From positions 1 through 40,504 of the IMG/VR virus record IMGVR_UViG_3300022895_000228: a stretch of 40,504 nucleotides of DNA, one strand, 5' to 3'. This DNA comes from a virus. Its lineage: Duplodnaviria > Caudoviricetes. Shown piece after piece: positions 19,270 to 27,952 of this stretch (positions are counted from its first letter, which is position 1; each line of letters begins with the position of its first letter). A model generated the notes under the pieces. That model was not told where the DNA came from, did not search any database, and saw only the letters and a list, made by a program, of their open reading frames with translations. Position numbers and translations under genes: made by a program.

Positions 19270-19716
19270 TTAAACAGTGAGTTGGAAGGCGCTTGCGTAG
19301 CTGCGTTGCGCATCAGCATCCAGCAGCAGACCAGCAGTAAAAGCACCGGCGGTCAATGGGCCAGTAGCTACGGTGTAGTTAACGCGCAGGTAGCGCTGCA
19401 CGCCGTGCGGAACAGTGCCGACGTAACGATAACCAACCTTAAGATCAGCAACGGCAATCGCACCTGTTTGCAGCAACGTGGTTGCACTGGCGAAATCGCT
19501 GGTCTTTGAAGTTTGCAGACTGATTGTCACAGTAGCCGAACCGCCAGCCGCGCCATTGGTTGCCACCTGGGCGAAGAATTCCACTGGGTAGCCAGGACCG
19601 ATATCACGAACATCGTTACCGGCATATAACGGTCCGAGGTCGATAACGTCGGTAGACGGCGCGGTTGCCGTAACAGCCTGCGCCTGCGAGAACATATTGA
19701 GATAGTCGAGGATCAT
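19270..19716 (-). CDS. Bbp16-like capsid cement protein
   Basis: MILD..N.FS.AQ.VTA...STDVIDLG and RYLRVNYTV motifs. Confidence 0.8.
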   Translation of the reverse strand: MILDYLNMFSQAQAVTATAPSTDVIDLGPLYAGNDVRDIGPGYPVEFFAQVATNGAAGGSATVTISLQTSKTSDFASATTLLQTGAIAVADLKVGYRYVGTVPHGVQRYLRVNYTVATGPLTAGAFTAGLLLDADAQRSYASAFQLTV

Positions 19717-19769
19717 TTTGTCTCTCCATCAATGAGAAAGGAGAGCCGCACCCGGCGGCTCAGCCGGGA

Positions 19770-20753
19770 TTAAGAAACCTGTGATTCAGTGCTCAGAAGA
19801 GCATCGCAGGTACGCACTGGCACGCCACGGAACGAGGTCCAGAAGATACCCTCGGTTTCTTTCACGGTGACCGCCAGTGAGGATTTTTCAGTCGCCTGGA
19901 TGTCCAGGTACTCAGCCGCATCTCGGTTCATGTAGAACACCGCTTTACCCATCTGCAGGTTAGGAATGCGATGAAGCGCCTGAACCATCAGCTTAGCCAA
20001 GTTAGGGCCGTCGTCCGCACCAAGCTTGGTTGTGTCGATGTTGGCGATGCGCACGGCATAACGCCAGTCACGAACGGTCAGGCCGTTATCCCACTTGTAG
20101 TGGGTACGATAGCCTTGATACTGGCCGCCATTGGCATCTTTCAGGGTTTGCTCGCCAAGGTCGTTATGGCTCAATCCGGCTTTTTGTCCCTTAGGGAAAA
20201 TGCCGTGTACGGTATTGCTGCCCCATACCACGAACCAGACAGAAGTCAGGTTCGAACCGGTGCCACCTGCATCAACGATGTTCTGCGCGTTCTTTGCAGA
20301 CTTGTCGTTATAGCGAGCCGACAATCCAGTGAACCGCTGTGGGCTTACGCGAGTGTCGCCGTAGAAGATGGTTTCAGCCATTGCCTGGTTCATCGCTTCC
20401 AGGAAGGCGTTGTCTTCTGACAGACGGAACTCGGCAGAGTTACCATTCAGATCGGCCAGAGACTTGTCAATCTCGGCATATGTTTCCAGCATGCCGGTGC
20501 TGTCAGTTACCTGGGCGGTGGTTGATTTGCTCGATGGCACGCCGTAGTTCAACAGGCGCCATGTTGCTGCCGGCAGACCAGTGCGCACAGTTGTGCGGTG
20601 ACCAGTAGGCAAGTTTCCTTCAACAAACAGCATGTCGGTTAAGACAGGGTTTGTCTGCGAAAGCAGCTCTACGATGGTTGGTACTTTACCATCGGGATCG
20701 GTGCGCTTTGCCCAGTCAGCTAGCGTCAGCGCGTTAGTGCCTTTAATAGCCAT
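19770..20753 (-). CDS. Major capsid protein (epsilon15 gp7 / BPP-1 Bbp17-like)
   Basis: LTLADWAKR, IVELLSQTN, GNLPTGH..TVRTGLP, RDWRY.VRIANID motifs. Confidence 0.95.
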   Translation of the reverse strand: MAIKGTNALTLADWAKRTDPDGKVPTIVELLSQTNPVLTDMLFVEGNLPTGHRTTVRTGLPAATWRLLNYGVPSSKSTTAQVTDSTGMLETYAEIDKSLADLNGNSAEFRLSEDNAFLEAMNQAMAETIFYGDTRVSPQRFTGLSARYNDKSAKNAQNIVDAGGTGSNLTSVWFVVWGSNTVHGIFPKGQKAGLSHNDLGEQTLKDANGGQYQGYRTHYKWDNGLTVRDWRYAVRIANIDTTKLGADDGPNLAKLMVQALHRIPNLQMGKAVFYMNRDAAEYLDIQATEKSSLAVTVKETEGIFWTSFRGVPVRTCDALLSTESQVS

Positions 20754-20759
20754 TCGGTA

Positions 20760-21461
20760 TTACTCCTTATTGCCGTATAGAATGTCGGCCGCGCTACGCT
20801 GACCGCCTTGATTTGGCATGACGAAGCTGTCTTCAGCCATCGACTTGCCGACTTTTGCACAGAAGCGAACTAGCGCCGGGTGGTTTCCCAGACCGCTCGC
20901 ATTCAGATATTCACGCAACTCAGGGTTGCCAAACTGATCCAGCGCTCGCTGAGCCAGACCAACACTGGCGTTGAACTTATCGCCGCCGATCTCTTTGTCG
21001 GCTTTGACTTGCTCACCCCAATCAGCTATCTGCTTGCTCCAGGCTTCGGCCTGTTGCTGCTGGATCTGCGGGTAGATGTCGACCAGCTTCTGCGCCTGCT
21101 CTTGGGTAAGGCCCAATTCTTTGGCGATTGGCTCGAACACGGCCAGGGCATTAGCGTCCAGCGCTTGGCCTTCAGGCGCGGCGAAATTGTATTTCTCCGG
21201 CGCTGCTGGCTTTTTGTCCTTTTCTGCCTTATCAGCCAAATCCTTTTCTGCCTTCTCTGCAGCGAGTTCTTCAGCGGTTTTCTCGGTGCCCGGTTTCTCT
21301 TCGCCAGCCGGATTATCACCATTGGCAGAATCGCCAGATGCAGTCCCATCTCCCGGGGTATCAACGACAGCGGCAGGAGTTGTCCCGCCACCACCATCAC
21401 CACCGTCGGCTGGTGTTTCACTGCACAGGCGGCGATAAATCAAACGTTCGAACAAATTCAT
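20760..21461 (-). CDS. Scaffolding protein
   Basis: Acidic low-complexity N-terminus, PEKY.F and GLGNHP motifs, directly before the MCP. Confidence 0.8.
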   Translation of the reverse strand: MNLFERLIYRRLCSETPADGGDGGGGTTPAAVVDTPGDGTASGDSANGDNPAGEEKPGTEKTAEELAAEKAEKDLADKAEKDKKPAAPEKYNFAAPEGQALDANALAVFEPIAKELGLTQEQAQKLVDIYPQIQQQQAEAWSKQIADWGEQVKADKEIGGDKFNASVGLAQRALDQFGNPELREYLNASGLGNHPALVRFCAKVGKSMAEDSFVMPNQGGQRSAADILYGNKE

Positions 21462-21470
21462 GTGCGCCTC

Positions 21471-21737
21471 TTAAGCCATGATTCCTGCGGCCTTAAGCTT
21501 GGCCAGCAGAGCGTTTAAATCTGCAACAACGCCAGCGGCATCTGTTGCGGTTGAGTTGGCCTGAGTTGCAGCCTGCTTCACGCCACCTACAACAGATGCA
21601 GTAGCTGTAGGAGGTGAGAAGGTTGTCGGTTTGCCGGTAATATCACCCCATGCCACGGACGAACCACCGCCGCTCAATACCTCAACGACTTGCACGCCGC
21701 CGTCATTCCGGATCACTTTCTGGCGTTGTGTTGCCAT
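21471..21737 (-). CDS. Head-fiber-like protein
   Basis: W.DITGKP and ATASVVGGVKQAA...NALLAKLKAAGIM motifs. Confidence 0.65.
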   Translation of the reverse strand: MATQRQKVIRNDGGVQVVEVLSGGGSSVAWGDITGKPTTFSPPTATASVVGGVKQAATQANSTATDAAGVVADLNALLAKLKAAGIMA

Positions 21738-22002
21738 GATTAGCCTCTCTGTCTTTCTCGGCCTCGGCGGCCATTTTTAAATACAAGTCCGGGCATGTGC
21801 CGAACACGTGATTGAATAAAGCAAGGCCCGCGTTGCGGTTGCCTTCGTTGAAAATTGTGCTATTCACCTCACCGGTGAACGAGATACGGAATACTCCAGC
21901 CTGGTCCAGTAGCCCCCATACAAACCTGCGCCCCTGCTCACTGCTCATTACGTGTTTCATGTCGTCAGAGCGTCGGTTACGTAACTGCTCTTGCGTCATC
22001 AT
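21703..22002 (-). CDS. Bbp19-like protein
   Basis: VMSSEQGRRFVW.LL...GVF and FNEG.RN.GL motifs, follows the portal. Confidence 0.75.
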   Translation of the reverse strand: MMTQEQLRNRRSDDMKHVMSSEQGRRFVWGLLDQAGVFRISFTGEVNSTIFNEGNRNAGLALFNHVFGTCPDLYLKMAAEAEKDREANHGNTTPESDPE

Positions 22003-23684
22003 TGCTGCGCACCTTGGCCTTGTTGCATGGCCTGTTGAATACTGGTTAGCAAGTTAGGATCTCCGGTACCGGCCTGGCTGAGTGTCTTCGCGATGTCAGC
22101 GGCCCCAGTACCAATTTGCAAGCTCTGTGCCGCTTGCTGCTGCTGAGCACGCTGCTCACGCTCTGCCTGAACCTGCTCATCGGATTTGGTGATAGTTGTC
22201 GGCACGCCAAGCATGTCGCCGTACTCATCGATCGCCTGATCAACATCAAGTTTGTCGGCAGCCTGCTGGAACCCTGCGGCGGTCATATTCCCGATAAAGC
22301 CAACGAACCTCTCGATAGAACCAATGCCCACGGCTTTCTGGGCCTGTGCCATCACGCTGGTGTATTCCACGCGCAGCGGTTGTCCTTGGAGTTCTTCCGG
22401 CGGCGGTGGCAACATGCCTCGACGGTTCATGATGTTGAAGATTCGATCAATAGCGGGGTCTAGCAACTCATCGTTCAGTCGGTCGAGCACCGGCCCGATC
22501 TGCAACATCTTCTCGTCACGCATCTCGTTGACGGCTTCGATCGGCATGCTGCGGGTGTTAATGTTGCTGAACATGTTGAACAGCGGAACGAAGTAGCATT
22601 CGTTTGTGAGCTGGCGCCCATCCTGAATACTTTCCAGCAATTCGCTAATGCGTGGGTTGATTTCGTATACCGGTTTGAAACCGCCCATATCACCTGCGCC
22701 ATTTACGTAGGACACGTCACCAGGCAGCAGGGAAAGGCGCTCATTCTTCATTGAGCTTGGCGCCATCATCGGCGGGTTAACCAGCTTGTCGATCGCCTGA
22801 TCTTTGCGCTTCTGCTGAAGTTGCAGCGCCTTAACGCCACCCAGCGCCAGAATGCCCGGACAGGATGACCCGTAAGCATCCTCGCCGTTGATGTCCCAGC
22901 GCGGTACAAGGATTGGCATTTCATCGAAACCGGACTCACTCAGTAGCTTGTCGCCAGAACCGCCCGGCTGGTAGTACACAGAGCTGTAACGCTTGTTCTT
23001 CGAATTCAGCTTGCCGGTGTCGCGGTTGGTGTTCGGCAATACTGCATGCACCACTTCAAACCAGGTTTCATAAGCGCCGGTATCCCATGCGGATTTAACG
23101 CTATCGCTGACATTCTCCAGCCCGAACTTTGCCACCAGTTGGCGGCAGGTCATGGAAAACTTGCGGAACACGGTGTCAACCTGCAGGCGGTCGCTGTTCG
23201 AGATGTAGTAACTCCCGATCGGCAGCACATGCGTGCGGATCACGTCTTCGTCATCTTCCAGTATGGAAATCGCTCCGGTGGCAAACGTGCCCAGGTAGCG
23301 ATAGAGAACGGTCAGCGACTGGTACCAGTTCGATTTGTTCATCACGTCGTTCATCAGCTCAACGACCTGAGAAAGCCACATCTTTACCGGCCAGCTATCC
23401 ATCAACTGTTTGTTCGGAGTGTTCAGGGAGAACCACGGACGCGTAGGGCTAGTGATGCCGGACAGCATGCCTGATTCGAGGGTCCGTGAAGCAAGGCCAC
23501 CGGTCGGATCAACAACCTTGGTGTTGCGCTTATTGCGCCCGGCGTCGGTGGTAAGGAATCGCCCACAGTTAGGCAGGATGAAGTCGCTCAACTCTTTCCA
23601 GTGCGAGTCATAAGACGAACGCGCAGTAACGAGCTGCGATAGCTGCTTCTCCAGAAACTGCTTGCGGGATTCCTGTTCAGCCAT
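21999..23684 (-). CDS. Portal / head-tail connector
   Basis: 561 aa; SGITSPTRPWF, PRW....E.YG and E.RDEK...GPVL.RL..ELL.P motifs. Confidence 0.93.
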   Translation of the reverse strand: MAEQESRKQFLEKQLSQLVTARSSYDSHWKELSDFILPNCGRFLTTDAGRNKRNTKVVDPTGGLASRTLESGMLSGITSPTRPWFSLNTPNKQLMDSWPVKMWLSQVVELMNDVMNKSNWYQSLTVLYRYLGTFATGAISILEDDEDVIRTHVLPIGSYYISNSDRLQVDTVFRKFSMTCRQLVAKFGLENVSDSVKSAWDTGAYETWFEVVHAVLPNTNRDTGKLNSKNKRYSSVYYQPGGSGDKLLSESGFDEMPILVPRWDINGEDAYGSSCPGILALGGVKALQLQQKRKDQAIDKLVNPPMMAPSSMKNERLSLLPGDVSYVNGAGDMGGFKPVYEINPRISELLESIQDGRQLTNECYFVPLFNMFSNINTRSMPIEAVNEMRDEKMLQIGPVLDRLNDELLDPAIDRIFNIMNRRGMLPPPPEELQGQPLRVEYTSVMAQAQKAVGIGSIERFVGFIGNMTAAGFQQAADKLDVDQAIDEYGDMLGVPTTITKSDEQVQAEREQRAQQQQAAQSLQIGTGAADIAKTLSQAGTGDPNLLTSIQQAMQQGQGAQQ

Positions 23685-23686
23685 GA

Positions 23687-23890
23687 TTAGCCACCCAACA
23701 AAGTTTTGCCGGTAGTGCTGGCCTGCCCGGTCGCACCTTGCGCACCTGTGAGGATCGTGGACTGCTGACCGGCGGCAGCGCGTCGGCGGGCTTTGTCCTT
23801 GTCGGCAGCATCAACTACTGCGGCGTCCTGCGTTTGTGGCGCAGCCTGTACCTGTGGAGCTGATGAAACCTTTGGCGAACTCATGCACAT
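23687..23890 (-). CDS. Small pre-portal virion assembly protein
   Basis: MCMSSPK start, STILTG...KTLLG end, SD GGGAGG. Confidence 0.8.
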   Translation of the reverse strand: MCMSSPKVSSAPQVQAAPQTQDAAVVDAADKDKARRRAAAGQQSTILTGAQGATGQASTTGKTLLGG

Positions 23891-23951
23891 GCGCGTAACC
23901 CTCCCAAATAATTACCAATTAAACCATATGATGTTTATTTTGACTATTTTG

Positions 23952-23988
23952 TTGACGTTATAATCAAAACAAATTACCTTTATGGTAA
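23952..23988 (+). promoter_or_regulatory. Sigma70 promoter overlapped by a Rep operator
   Basis: TTGACG(23952)-17 bp-TACCTT(23975); operator TTACCtttatGGTAA 23974-23988 covers the -10 and the predicted +1. Confidence 0.7.
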
Positions 23989-24211
23989 TCATCGAGAGCA
24001 CAAGCCGAACCAGACACTTAAACTTTTACACAGTATAAAACTGGTATCGGTGCTCTCGATGATCTATCGCGAAGCTTCATCCGAACTTAAACAGGTGCCT
24101 ATTGCTGGGGAGCATGTCGGTACTTGGTGGATGAGGCTCCGCGATAGCCGCGACCGTTATCACCCTAAATCTGTGTGTAGCACTTTGCCCGCCTTGCGCG
24201 GGCATTTTTTT
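23988..24211 (+). ncRNA. Putative structured ncRNA with tandem ACUUAAAC-bulge hairpins
   Basis: Hairpin 1 23988-24063, hairpin 2 24064-24147 with several G-U pairs, weaker hairpin 3 24156-24181; bounded by a promoter and a terminator. Confidence 0.7.
24186..24211 (+). terminator. Intrinsic terminator of the putative ncRNA
   Basis: TGCCCGC-cttgc-GCGGGCA-TTTTTTT. Confidence 0.88.
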
Positions 24212-24264
24212 ATGTACAAAACCACCTTGTTACATATAATCACATTCACACACAGACTACTAAA

Positions 24265-25080
24265 ATGATAACCATGCTTGATTTTATCAAAGACATCTTT
24301 TCTGCTTTTAAACAAAACTCTATCGAGAGAATTAGAAATCCGTTCATTGGAGCCTTTGTTTTTTCATGGCTTGGTTTCAATTGGAAGGCTTTAGCTATTC
24401 TTTTTCTAAGCGATAAAGACATAACGAAAAGAATAAGTTATATAAATGAAACTCATGATGTCGGTAGTTTTCTACTTGGACCAATATGCACGACAATACT
24501 TATATGCTGGATTCTACCAGAAATAAACAAATTCTTCACGAGATTGCAAAACAAACCTAATAGTGAAACAACAGAAATTATCATGCAATCCAAGATTGAT
24601 ATAGCAGAAAAACAACTACAGATTGCAGACATTGAAGCAAAAAAGAAACTCGCAATAAAAAGAGAGGAGAGAAACATAGAAGAAGGTGTTGAATCAATTA
24701 AAAAAGAGATAGGGAATGAAATAGAAAAAAACAAAGAAATGACAATCAAGATCGATGAGTTGTCGGCGTCACTTAAACAATCAGGACTAGCATTAAACAG
24801 TACAAACTTGAGTCTCTTGAGCGCCGAAGAAAAGATAGCAAGCCTTGCAGATAGCCTTGAAAATTCATCGAAAATACTCAATAAAAAAACAGAAGAGATA
24901 TTGGAGATGAGAAAAGAAATAGCCATCCTCAGCGGCACCATTGAAAATTTCAAAGATGCTAACAAAAGCATGGCCAAAGAATATGAGCATATATTCCATC
25001 TATCTGGAGATAGATTAACAGTGAGAGGTTCTGCTCTATCGATGCTTAAAGAAATAAACGTAGATGACATACCTTTTTGA
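24265..25080 (+). CDS. Low-GC moron: two-TM, coiled-coil membrane protein
   Basis: ERIRNPFIGAFVFSWLGFNWK N-terminal motif, two hydrophobic segments, long coiled coil; own -10 TATAAT at 24235-24240; opposite strand to terL and portal. Confidence 0.8.
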   Translation: MITMLDFIKDIFSAFKQNSIERIRNPFIGAFVFSWLGFNWKALAILFLSDKDITKRISYINETHDVGSFLLGPICTTILICWILPEINKFFTRLQNKPNSETTEIIMQSKIDIAEKQLQIADIEAKKKLAIKREERNIEEGVESIKKEIGNEIEKNKEMTIKIDELSASLKQSGLALNSTNLSLLSAEEKIASLADSLENSSKILNKKTEEILEMRKEIAILSGTIENFKDANKSMAKEYEHIFHLSGDRLTVRGSALSMLKEINVDDIPF

Positions 25081-25099
25081 ATGTAAAAAGTTAGGTAAT

Positions 25100-26571
25100 T
25101 TATCCATATGGATCATATTCTGTGACCACAGAGCCGCGCTTCTCGCCGGGAAGTGCGTGCTGGCGTTTTGAAACTGGGAAGGCAAATGTTAGAGCCAGCG
25201 CATCAGCATCGTTAGGGGATCTGCCTAAAATCTCCTTCAATTCTTCTTTATCCTGTAGCTCTTTTTTGCTGTCCTTCAGGCGAACCCTGTACTCTGGTGC
25301 TGATAATTCATCAGCCACGTTTTGGTCAGGCAGTGATCCGCCATCTTTAAGCCAGGTTTTAACGGCGTTGTACATCTCTCCACGCTTCCTAGCCATCTCA
25401 GGGTCGGTTGATGCCCCGCCAAATTGGATTAGCTGCCATGCTCGGCCCCAATTATCACCGACAGATTTCAGGCCGGTACCATACCCATAATCGATAAATA
25501 CGGCATCAGCGTGGTACTGATCCTCAAAGTCGGCCACAATTTTCGCAAACCAGACGTCATCAGTTGTTCTTTGCCACTCGCCAAGCTTCTTGGTGTGCAG
25601 ACCTTGCCGCAGGTAGATAACAGCCTTATCTTTGCCACCGTGAGCCGGGTCGACACCAATCACCACTGCAGCGTGCTGAACTTGATGAGGGGTAATCACT
25701 CGGCCAACAGCAGCATTGGTAAGGCTGGACGGGATAAATTGGTTTTCAGATGCATCAGGGAAGATGCCACGAACACGAACCTTAACAAAGTCGCTGTCCT
25801 CGCCGTAGTCCTCTACCCATTTATCCAACTGAACTTTGTTCGTGCCCTCTACCGTGCGGCTGTCGATCTGGGCATGATTCCAGCGATGTCGATATTTGCG
25901 GAAGCATTCTCTGAATCGTCCTGTGTTACGCGTCGGGTTTCCGAAGGCCACCCATATAATTTCAGTGTCTTCGTCTGTCAGCGCACCCTCTGCAACCTCC
26001 CACACCTTATCGGCAATGTTGGAGGCCTCATCAAACACCACAATGATACGCTTACGCTCGTTATGCAGACCTGCGAATGCCTCCGTGTTGTGCTCACTCC
26101 ACGGTATTGTATCGGCACGCCATAGCTTATCGTGCCCCGGATCGGTACTGTGCATCGCCGTTGCGGTACAGTTGAACCAATCGCTATTGATGCCATCCTT
26201 GACCACTTGATCACCTCAGGCCACGTCTTGGTTATCAGCTGCTTCTCAGTGTTGGCAGTCACCACCACCTTGCAATCTTCACATGTAGACATGCCCCAAT
26301 TGATGAGCATTGAGATAAACGCTGACTTGCCGATCCCATGCCCTGATGCACGAGCAATCATCAGTGGCTGGTGCCTGGTTGTAGGGTTTTTAAGATGGTT
26401 TCCAATCTCGCTAAACGCGCTTGCCTGCCATTTTCGCGGTCCGGTTGCGTGAGCTAGCTCGGTTCCAGGCTCTCCCCACGGGAAGGCATAGAGGGCGAAG
26501 CCAAGCGGGTCATGCGTAAAGCCTGCAATATCTTCGATCAGTTCCTGTTGGAGATCTGCTTGGTCAGTCAT
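25100..26571 (-). pseudogene. terL: Terminase large subunit, split by a 1-bp frameshift near 26191
   Basis: Walker A ASGHGIGKS in ORF 26571-25978; Walker B VVFDEAS and nuclease motifs GVDPA and SPNDADALALTF in ORF 26206-25100; one added base fuses them into ~490 aa. Confidence 0.9.
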
Positions 26572-27118
26572 TGCCGCCGCCCTGTTCTGTCACGCGCTTA
26601 CGTGCCGCCGCCATGCGATTTGCCACGGTCACATTTACATTCAACTCGACACGCTCTTTGAATGCCTGAACATCGACGTGCTTACCGATCAGCTCGAGGT
26701 TCTTCACCTTATCCGGCCATTTGATCTTCTTAAGCATGTTCTCAAGCGTGGTTTCATCGAAGTTGGTGATGGTCGTTGAAATATCCAGGCCGCTTAACGT
26801 TGTGCGCCAGACCTTTGGCCATTCGCTGATCGCTTTAAGTCCGCCGTCATCCTTCAGGATATCCAGTACGTCCATCTGGTCGATCTCAACCAAGCGCTTG
26901 AGCACGTAATCCGCATCGATCTTCACACGCTTGTTGCGGTGCTGCATCAACTCAGAGATGCGCTCTTGCACCTTCGGGCTGTCCATGTTTCGCGACGCGG
27001 ATACGGCCGCATTCTTATAGCCAGCAGCGGCAGCCGCCGCCGTCTGGTTATCCGGGTTCTTGATGTACTCTTGGCAGAAACGTTCCATCTGCGCGTTAAG
27101 CTTACCGTCTTTAGCCAT
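26564..27118 (-). CDS. terS: Terminase small subunit
   Basis: Start MAKDGKL with SD AAGGAGG; ERFCQEY...N.T.AA..AGY HTH and KIKWPDKVKNLELIGKH motifs. Confidence 0.92.
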   Translation of the reverse strand: MAKDGKLNAQMERFCQEYIKNPDNQTAAAAAAGYKNAAVSASRNMDSPKVQERISELMQHRNKRVKIDADYVLKRLVEIDQMDVLDILKDDGGLKAISEWPKVWRTTLSGLDISTTITNFDETTLENMLKKIKWPDKVKNLELIGKHVDVQAFKERVELNVNVTVANRMAAARKRVTEQGGGND

Positions 27119-27155
27119 AATAATTACCTCCTTGGTAACATAATAACACGCAGTG

Positions 27156-27178
27156 AAAAACCGCCAAGCGGCGGGCGT
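27156..27178 (-). terminator. Terminator-like hairpin upstream of terS
   Basis: Minus strand CCGCC-GCTT-GGCGG-TTTTT. Confidence 0.55.
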
Positions 27179-27186
27179 TGTGCTGT

Positions 27187-27230
27187 GTGACTTGTCGTGA
27201 CACGTCACGCTTTATCATGTGACACGTCAC
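27187..27230. repeat. GTGAC-N2-GTCAC palindromic direct repeats
   Basis: GTGACACGTCAC at 27197-27208 and 27219-27230; partial copy at 27187. Confidence 0.8.
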
Positions 27231-27613
27231 AACGTCTTTAACATCAGGTCACGCCAAATCTGCGTTTGGCCGCAGGCCGCTTCGCCATTGCGGAAGCATC
27301 CACCGGACGGGCCGGGCATCGATTCGCCGCACTGGCATTTGTGGCTGGCCAGTTCAGCAATCTGGCGCTTTAGCTGGTTGATGTCCTGCACTGCCAGCAG
27401 TTCGAAATATTCATCGACGCTGTACGGCTCTTTGCCGGGGCGCCTTGCCGCGCAATTCGCCTGGATCTGATCGAAGATGTGATCGCTAACCTCGAACGTA
27501 ATTCGGTGACGGCCGCTTACCGCGGCGCTGCTCGCCGCTTCTCTTTCACGTTTACGCTGTGCGCGCTTACGGTCGCGGGCATCGGCCCGGCGCTTCTCTT
27601 CGGTTTGGGTCAT
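27227..27613 (-). CDS. Putative regulator (basic N-terminus, RHH-like core, C-terminal Cys cluster)
   Basis: Start MTQTEEK with SD AAGGA; RITFEVSD..F; CQC...C...C. Confidence 0.6.
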   Translation of the reverse strand: MTQTEEKRRADARDRKRAQRKREREAASSAAVSGRHRITFEVSDHIFDQIQANCAARRPGKEPYSVDEYFELLAVQDINQLKRQIAELASHKCQCGESMPGPSGGCFRNGEAACGQTQIWRDLMLKTL

Positions 27614-27635
27614 TGTCAGCACTTTTGTTTCCTTC

Positions 27636-27893
27636 TTAAAACAGCTCGAAATCGTCGTCAAACTGGTCTGCGTTTCGCTCGACTGATCTCGAAGCCAGGA
27701 TGAATTGGATACCTTCAAACAGCGACGTTGGCCGCTCAAGCCCGAATATGAACGCATCGTTGTATGTGCGCCCGAGCCAGTAGCCGCCGCCGTACTCTTT
27801 GAGGCGCTGGAAGAACACCCAGCCACCCTCTACGAAATGGGGGAGGGTTTCACCGCGATAGACGACTTGATAGCCGAGTTCTTTTGAAGCCAT
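27636..27893 (-). CDS. Hypothetical 85-aa protein, LexA-controlled
   Basis: Aromatic-rich ORF directly behind a perfect SOS box. Confidence 0.75.
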   Translation of the reverse strand: MASKELGYQVVYRGETLPHFVEGGWVFFQRLKEYGGGYWLGRTYNDAFIFGLERPTSLFEGIQFILASRSVERNADQFDDDFELF

Positions 27894-27908
27894 AACTCAC
27901 ACCGCAAA

Positions 27909-27952
27909 TACTGTTTACATGTACAGTATAATTGAGAGCGCGGGCTAGTCAA
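27909..27952 (-). promoter_or_regulatory. LexA (SOS) box overlapping a sigma70 promoter
   Basis: taCTGTttacatgtACAGta 27909-27928; minus strand TTGACT-16 bp-TATACT. Confidence 0.88.

Noticed and set aside
19743-19761. Hairpin after the capsid stop as a read-through or frameshift signal
   Set aside because: No slippery sequence before the stop; more likely an mRNA stability or pause hairpin
8381-23613. Numerous plus-strand ORFs across the structural module
   Set aside because: Antisense to well-supported structural genes, with no recognisable motifs
23988-24211. CRISPR array, tRNA or retron msr/msd interpretation of the hairpins
   Set aside because: No identical repeats with spacers, no cloverleaf or T-loop motif, and no cas or reverse transcriptase gene in the window
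24050-24268. 72-aa ORF over the hairpin region
   Set aside because: GTG start lies within the hairpin 1 stem with no SD, and the frame runs through a strong terminator; RNA structure explains the region better
26170-26215. Programmed ribosomal frameshift in terL
   Set aside because: No X XXY YYZ slippery site at the junction; a simple 1-bp deletion explains it
27613-27826. N-terminal extensions in the ORF track (also 1918, 27208, 29876, 33434, 34570, 36962, 37758)
   Set aside because: They overlap upstream genes or regulatory DNA; downstream ATGs have better SDs and/or family-typical starts
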